From: Aquificaceae bacterium
GTDB lineage: Bacteria; Aquificota; Aquificia; Aquificales; Aquificaceae
Direction: 5' to 3'
NCBI GenBank assembly: GCA_039630345.1
Contig: JBCNVD010000027.1
Location: forward strand, 1 to 30,727
DNA length: 30,727 bases
Shown here: positions 26,781 through 30,727 of the stretch, piece by piece
Position numbering within the stretch: the first letter of the stretch is position 1
How the letters are laid out: each line of letters opens with the position of its first letter
Position numbers and translations under genes: made by a program
Notes under the pieces: model-generated
What the model was told of the DNA's origin: nothing
Databases searched by the model: none
Seen by the model: only the letters and a program-made list of their open reading frames with translations

Positions 26781-26788
26781 AGTATAAT
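26781..26788. promoter_or_regulatory. Overlapping bidirectional -10 elements (AGTATAAT)
   Basis: TATAAT on + at 26783-26788 and TATACT on - at 26786-26781, in a 24-bp divergent gap with no SD. Confidence 0.6.
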
Positions 26789-26797
26789 TAACATCTA

Positions 26798-27049
26798 ATG
26801 CAAGAAGAACAACCCTATGTGGTTCCTTTCAGTCTGGTAGGATTTTTCATAACCAGAAAGTCCATCGACGAGAGCATAAGAAGCGACCTAACCCATGAAG
26901 AATTTGAGCACTTTCAGGAAATTGTTCGCAGGTTTCTCTTCACCGAAGGGGTAAAGGTTGCAATATACCCTTCCATAGTCCCCCCCGATCAGGTTATGGA
27001 CGCCATAGAAGAGCTGGAAGAAGACTTTTTTGAAGACGACTATGATTAA
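26798..27049 (+). CDS. Hypothetical acidic protein (83 aa)
   Basis: ATG downstream of TATAAT, a very acidic C-terminus, and a stop that overlaps the dapB start. Confidence 0.7.
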   Translation: MQEEQPYVVPFSLVGFFITRKSIDESIRSDLTHEEFEHFQEIVRRFLFTEGVKVAIYPSIVPPDQVMDAIEELEEDFFEDDYD

Positions 27050-27785
27050 GTTTGCGCTCTGCGGTGGTCTTGGCAGGATGGGCAGGGCAATATCCTCGCT
27101 CTGCGAGCAAAGCGGGGAGTTTTTGCCTTTCATAGTAGAACATCCTCTAAAAGCCTCTGAAGGGATATTCTCAGACCTCTCACAGGTAATAAAAGATGTT
27201 GATTTGGTGGTAGATTTTGCAGCAACTCCAAAAGAGAGCGTCAAGTTTGCAAACCTTTGTGCCAGAGAGAAAAAGCCTCTAATTATCGGAACAACAGGTC
27301 ATAGCAAAGAAGAGCTCTCACAAATACAAAATCTCTCTTCAGAAATAGCCATTTTAATAGCGCCAAATATGAGTCTTGGGGTTAATCTTCTTTTTAAATT
27401 AGCAAGACTTGCCTGCAAAGCCCTAAAGGATAAGGGTTTTGATGCAGAGATTTTAGAGATTCATCACCGAAACAAAAAAGACGCCCCTAGCGGAACCGCT
27501 CTTAAATTAGAGAGTATAGTTATGGAGGCTCTAAATTTAAATAAATCAGTGCATTCTCGCGAAGGTATCAGCCCAAGAGGTGAAGAAGTTTCCACCCTTG
27601 CCCTGAGAGGCGGAGATGTAATAGGAGAGCATACCCTGTTTTTGCTAGGCTATGGCGAAAGACTTGAGTTAACGCATAGAGCTAGCTCTAGGGAAATCTT
27701 TGCAAGAGGATGTCTTGAGGCCATAAAGTGGATAATAAATAAGCCCCCCGGAATTTACAGCATGGAGGATGTTTTGGGAATCTAA
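27042..27785 (+). CDS. dapB: 4-hydroxy-tetrahydrodipicolinate reductase
   Basis: G.LGRMG, IGTTG, APNMSLGVN, EIHHRNKKDAPSGTA and RGGDVIGEH. The ATG at 27042 is preferred. Confidence 0.96.
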   Translation: MIKFALCGGLGRMGRAISSLCEQSGEFLPFIVEHPLKASEGIFSDLSQVIKDVDLVVDFAATPKESVKFANLCAREKKPLIIGTTGHSKEELSQIQNLSSEIAILIAPNMSLGVNLLFKLARLACKALKDKGFDAEILEIHHRNKKDAPSGTALKLESIVMEALNLNKSVHSREGISPRGEEVSTLALRGGDVIGEHTLFLLGYGERLELTHRASSREIFARGCLEAIKWIINKPPGIYSMEDVLGI

Positions 27786-28101
27786 GCTCCATAGCTGGAT
27801 TGATGAACTATCCAGAGCAAAAGGGGTAGTATTGGTCGAGGGCAGAAATGACCTTCGCGCGCTAGCGCGCTTTGGTATAAAAAACATAAAAACCATAGAG
27901 GCAAGAAGACTCAGAGATTTGCCTGACCTTCTTGAGGGGTTTTCACAGGTTATCCTGCTTTTTGATAACGACAGTCATGGCGAAAGACTTACTCAAAAAG
28001 TAAAGAGTTTTTTAACACGCGAGGGATATATTGTAAATGAGAGCTTTAGAGAGCGCCTTAAAGAGCTTGGCGTAATTTGTGTGGAGGATTTAAATGGCTA
28101 A
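27769..28101 (+). CDS. Small stand-alone TOPRIM-domain protein (RNase M5 / archaeal small primase-like)
   Basis: VLVEGRNDL.AL (conserved Glu) and ILLFDNDSHGE.L (DxD). Confidence 0.85.
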   Translation: MFWESKLHSWIDELSRAKGVVLVEGRNDLRALARFGIKNIKTIEARRLRDLPDLLEGFSQVILLFDNDSHGERLTQKVKSFLTREGYIVNESFRERLKELGVICVEDLNG

Positions 28102-28579
28102 TACGCTTTGCTGGCTAATAGCTTACGAAAAGGCTGTCAGGTTTGCCCTTTATATGATGGAAGGTTTGCGAACAGAGCTTAAGCTGGATGTGGAGGATAT
28201 ATCTTCCTTTTCCGAGCTTTGCTCTTCAGGGCCAGATAGCAAGCTATGTAACCAAATTATTAACCGCCTTAATGTCCTGATTTCAGAGACCATCCCGATT
28301 TTTGAAGAGCAAGCCCAGCAAATCTATGAGGTTTTGACCTTTGATGCGGTTTTTCTTGGGTCTATCCCCGAAGAGCTAGAGAGAGAACTCCTTAGACTCT
28401 CCCCCATAGAGGAGCTAAATTCTATCCTGAAAAGTTTACTTGAAGAAGTAGAGGAATTGCTATCTTCTATTAGCCAAAAGCCTCTACTTAAGACCATCTT
28501 TACCCCTATATTTATCTACAGGGATTTAATAAAGCAATCGATTGAATTTAATCGCCATCTTGAATGCCTCTCTGTATAG
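28094..28579 (+). CDS. Hypothetical alpha-helical protein (161 aa)
   Basis: SD GGAGGA at about 28083 and a start that overlaps the TOPRIM stop. The sequence is Leu/Glu-rich. Confidence 0.72.
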   Translation: MANTLCWLIAYEKAVRFALYMMEGLRTELKLDVEDISSFSELCSSGPDSKLCNQIINRLNVLISETIPIFEEQAQQIYEVLTFDAVFLGSIPEELERELLRLSPIEELNSILKSLLEEVEELLSSISQKPLLKTIFTPIFIYRDLIKQSIEFNRHLECLSV

Positions 28580-29216
28580 CTTCAAGCACCTTCATAGCAG
28601 CGTCCTGCTGTGCCTTTTTTTTACTAGAGCCAGTGCCTATAGCCCTTATGCTCTTTATGCTGCATTCTACAAAAAAAGTCCTGCTATGCTCTGGTCCTTC
28701 GACGCTGACTACCCTGTAAACAGGTCTTTCGCGCCACTTTTGCTGGGATATTTCCTGAAGAAGGGTTTTATAATCTTTTTTATACCTCTCTTTTTCTATT
28801 GCGTCGATGATTTGACTTTCAAATAGCTTCCTGAAAACTTCTCGAACCAGGCTCAGATCCCTGCAGTCAATGTAAATAGCCCCAAAGAGAGCCTCAAGAA
28901 CATCAGATAAAACAGATTGGCTTATCTCTTCTTTTTTTTGTCTAACCAGAATAAAATTCTCAAGCGATAAATTTTCCGCAAGCTCTGCAAGAAAATCAGA
29001 AGAAACTATAAAAGATTTCATCAATGCAAGCTCGCTTTCAGATTTATTGGGGAATTTTTCTATCAAAAGCTCAACCGCAAGTAAATTCACAACGCAATCT
29101 CCTAAAAATTCCAGAACTTCATAGCTCTGAGAGCTATAAGATTTGTGAGAAAAGGCTCTTTCAAGCAAAGACTTATCTCTAAAGGCGTAGCCGGTTAATT
29201 CTTCAATCCTTTTCAA
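28548..29216 (-). CDS. rnc: Ribonuclease III
   Basis: [22 protein letters not shown] and ds[11 protein letters not shown]...GPEH...G.G.SKK.AQQ.AA. The start is likely the TTG at 29216, which overlaps the end of fabF. Confidence 0.96.
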   Translation of the reverse strand: MKRIEELTGYAFRDKSLLERAFSHKSYSSQSYEVLEFLGDCVVNLLAVELLIEKFPNKSESELALMKSFIVSSDFLAELAENLSLENFILVRQKKEEISQSVLSDVLEALFGAIYIDCRDLSLVREVFRKLFESQIIDAIEKERYKKDYKTLLQEISQQKWRERPVYRVVSVEGPEHSRTFFVECSIKSIRAIGTGSSKKKAQQDAAMKVLEAIQRGIQDGD

Positions 29217-30450
29217 ACTTTTTAAAAACAAGGCAGGCGTTTGTTCCACCAAAGCCAAAGGAGTTTGAAAGCGCTACCCTTACATCCGCTCTTTGGGCCA
29301 AATTTGGCACATAATCAAGGTCGCACTCAGGGTCCGGGTTATCAAGGTTGATAGTCGGCGGAATTATCCCAGTTTGGATGGTTTTGATAGTTGCTATAGC
29401 CTCGACTGCTCCAGCAGCGCCAAGCAAATGACCTATCATTGACTTTATAGAGCTTATTTTTAAGCTTTTTGCATGCTCTTTAAAGAGGTTTTTTATGGCA
29501 ATCGTTTCAGACCTGTCGTTAAGTGGCGTTGAAGTGCCATGAGCGTTTATATAGTCAACATCCTGCGGTTTTAAGCCTGCATCTTCAAGTGCGAGTTTCA
29601 TACACATAAAAGCCCCTTCCCCGTCTGTGCAAGGAGAGGTTATGTGAAAAGCATCGTCTGTTGCACCGTATCCTACAAGCTCTGCGTATATTTTTGCACC
29701 CCTTGCGAGTGCGTGATTGAGCTCTTCAAGAACCAAAATGCCTGCGCCTTCGCCCATTACAAAGCCGTCTCTGTCTTTATCAAAAGGTCTTGACGCTTTT
29801 TGAGGCTCGTTGTTGCGAGTAGAGAGAGCTTTCATCGCGGCAAAGCCTGCTATCCCCAGAGGTGTTATTGCGCTTTCGCATCCGCCGGCAATTATGATGT
29901 CCGCATCGCCTTTTTGTATAAGTCTCATAGCATCGCCTATTGCATGGTTACCTGTCGCGCATGCTGAAACGACGCAATAGTTTGGGCCTTTAAAGCCAAA
30001 CCTCATCGCAATTAGACCACCTGCCATATTGGAAATCCCATAAGGGATAAAAAAAGGCGATACGCGCCTTGGTCCTTTTTCAATTAAAACTCTTTGCTGG
30101 TCTTCTATGTCTCTTAAACCCCCTATGCCCGTTCCTACCACTACTCCAACCCTGTATGGGTCTAACTTACACTCTAAAAAACCGCTATCTTTTATAGCTT
30201 CCGAAGCTGCCACAAATGCAAACTTAACAAAATCCGATACTCGCTTTGCCTCTTTTGGGTCAAAAAACTGCCCCTCGTCGAGATTTTTGACCTCACCCGC
30301 TATGTGAACGCTAAGGCCTATCTCTTCCGGGTCAAAGCGCCTTATTTTGCCAATGCCTGAGATTCCTTTTATTAAATTTTCCCAAAACTCGCCCGTCGTA
30401 TTACCGACGGGCGAAACTACACCAGCGCCCGTTATAACAACCCTGCGCAT
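29203..30450 (-). CDS. fabF: 3-oxoacyl-ACP synthase II
   Basis: [30 protein letters not shown] and [10 protein letters not shown]. Confidence 0.98.
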   Translation of the reverse strand: MRRVVITGAGVVSPVGNTTGEFWENLIKGISGIGKIRRFDPEEIGLSVHIAGEVKNLDEGQFFDPKEAKRVSDFVKFAFVAASEAIKDSGFLECKLDPYRVGVVVGTGIGGLRDIEDQQRVLIEKGPRRVSPFFIPYGISNMAGGLIAMRFGFKGPNYCVVSACATGNHAIGDAMRLIQKGDADIIIAGGCESAITPLGIAGFAAMKALSTRNNEPQKASRPFDKDRDGFVMGEGAGILVLEELNHALARGAKIYAELVGYGATDDAFHITSPCTDGEGAFMCMKLALEDAGLKPQDVDYINAHGTSTPLNDRSETIAIKNLFKEHAKSLKISSIKSMIGHLLGAAGAVEAIATIKTIQTGIIPPTINLDNPDPECDLDYVPNLAQRADVRVALSNSFGFGGTNACLVFKKFEKD

Positions 30451-30686
30451 TAAGTGCTGACTTTTGTCTTTAGATAGTCAATTGCCTCCCCGACAGTCCT
30501 GATTTTTTCAGCATCCTCGTCCGGGATTTCAATCCCAAATTCTTCCTCAAAAGCCATTATAAGCTCAACTACATCCAGCGAATCTGCGCCCAAATCTTCA
30601 ACGAATCTGGCATCCTGTCCAAGCTTTTCGACTTCTACCCCTAGCTGGTCTGCTATTATTTCCTTAACCCGGTTTTCTAACTCCAT
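30450..30686 (-). CDS. acpP: Acyl carrier protein
   Basis: [20 protein letters not shown] with the phosphopantetheine Ser. Confidence 0.98.
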   Translation of the reverse strand: MELENRVKEIIADQLGVEVEKLGQDARFVEDLGADSLDVVELIMAFEEEFGIEIPDEDAEKIRTVGEAIDYLKTKVST

Positions 30687-30690
30687 TCTA

Positions 30691-30713
30691 ACCTCCTGAG
30701 CGAGATTATATCA
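30691..30713 (-). promoter_or_regulatory. Extended -10 promoter and SD of the acpP-fabF-rnc operon
   Basis: The minus strand reads TGA-TATAAT (30713-30705), then 7 nt, then AGGAGGT (30697-30691), with the ATG at 30686. Confidence 0.7.
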
Positions 30714-30727
30714 CATTAGCACCTTAA

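Noticed and set aside
26888..27244. 118-aa minus-strand ORF; also 28542-28826(+) and 27669-27896(-)
   Set aside because: They overlap dapB, rnc and TOPRIM in antisense, with no motifs.
29217..29258. N-terminal extension of rnc in the ORF track
   Set aside because: It overlaps the conserved fabF C-terminus. RNase III homology starts near 29216.
1..30727. CRISPR array, tRNA/rRNA, IS element, prophage or defence island
   Set aside because: There are no spaced repeats, no intergenic room for structured RNA genes (largest internal gap 92 bp, AT-rich), and no transposase, integrase or phage-like proteins.

Overview
This is a very gene-dense (about 41 CDS) core-chromosome segment from a thermophilic bacterium, most likely Aquificaceae/Aquificota. 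The RNase III signature YEVLEFLGD and its overall sequence, plus scrambled 'mixed' operons, resemble Aquifex-type genomes; this assignment is from recall, not a search. It encodes fatty-acid synthesis (fabH fragment, acpP, fabF), rnc, dapB, hom, purA, hpt, folD, rpe, riboflavin synthase, pyrK, uvrB, nfi, dnaJ, hfq-hflX, envelope genes (mlaE, lemA-DUF3137-lptD, ccsA, an opp/dpp permease, fluC), signalling proteins (stand-alone CZB, EAL-HDOD) and several hypothetical proteins. I saw no rRNA, tRNA, CRISPR array, transposase or prophage. The most notable observations are: (1) a TrxB-like flavoprotein that has lost both NADPH-binding motifs and ends in Trp, a candidate ferredoxin-dependent thioredoxin reductase, near a PyrK that has also lost its NAD-binding glycine motif; (2) a dispersed family of GCGC-stem/GAA-loop mini-hairpins followed by TTGAG, found both between and inside genes; (3) ultra-short divergent intergenic regions with overlapping -10 boxes and no Shine-Dalgarno, suggesting bidirectional promoters for leaderless mRNAs, while every convergent gene pair overlaps at the 3' ends; (4) a probably inactive EAL-HDOD protein and a stand-alone CZB protein with a tandem-repeat operator; (5) a divergent Hfq and a ubiquitin-like sulfur carrier with a masked C-terminal GG. 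All functional calls come from motif recognition by eye.
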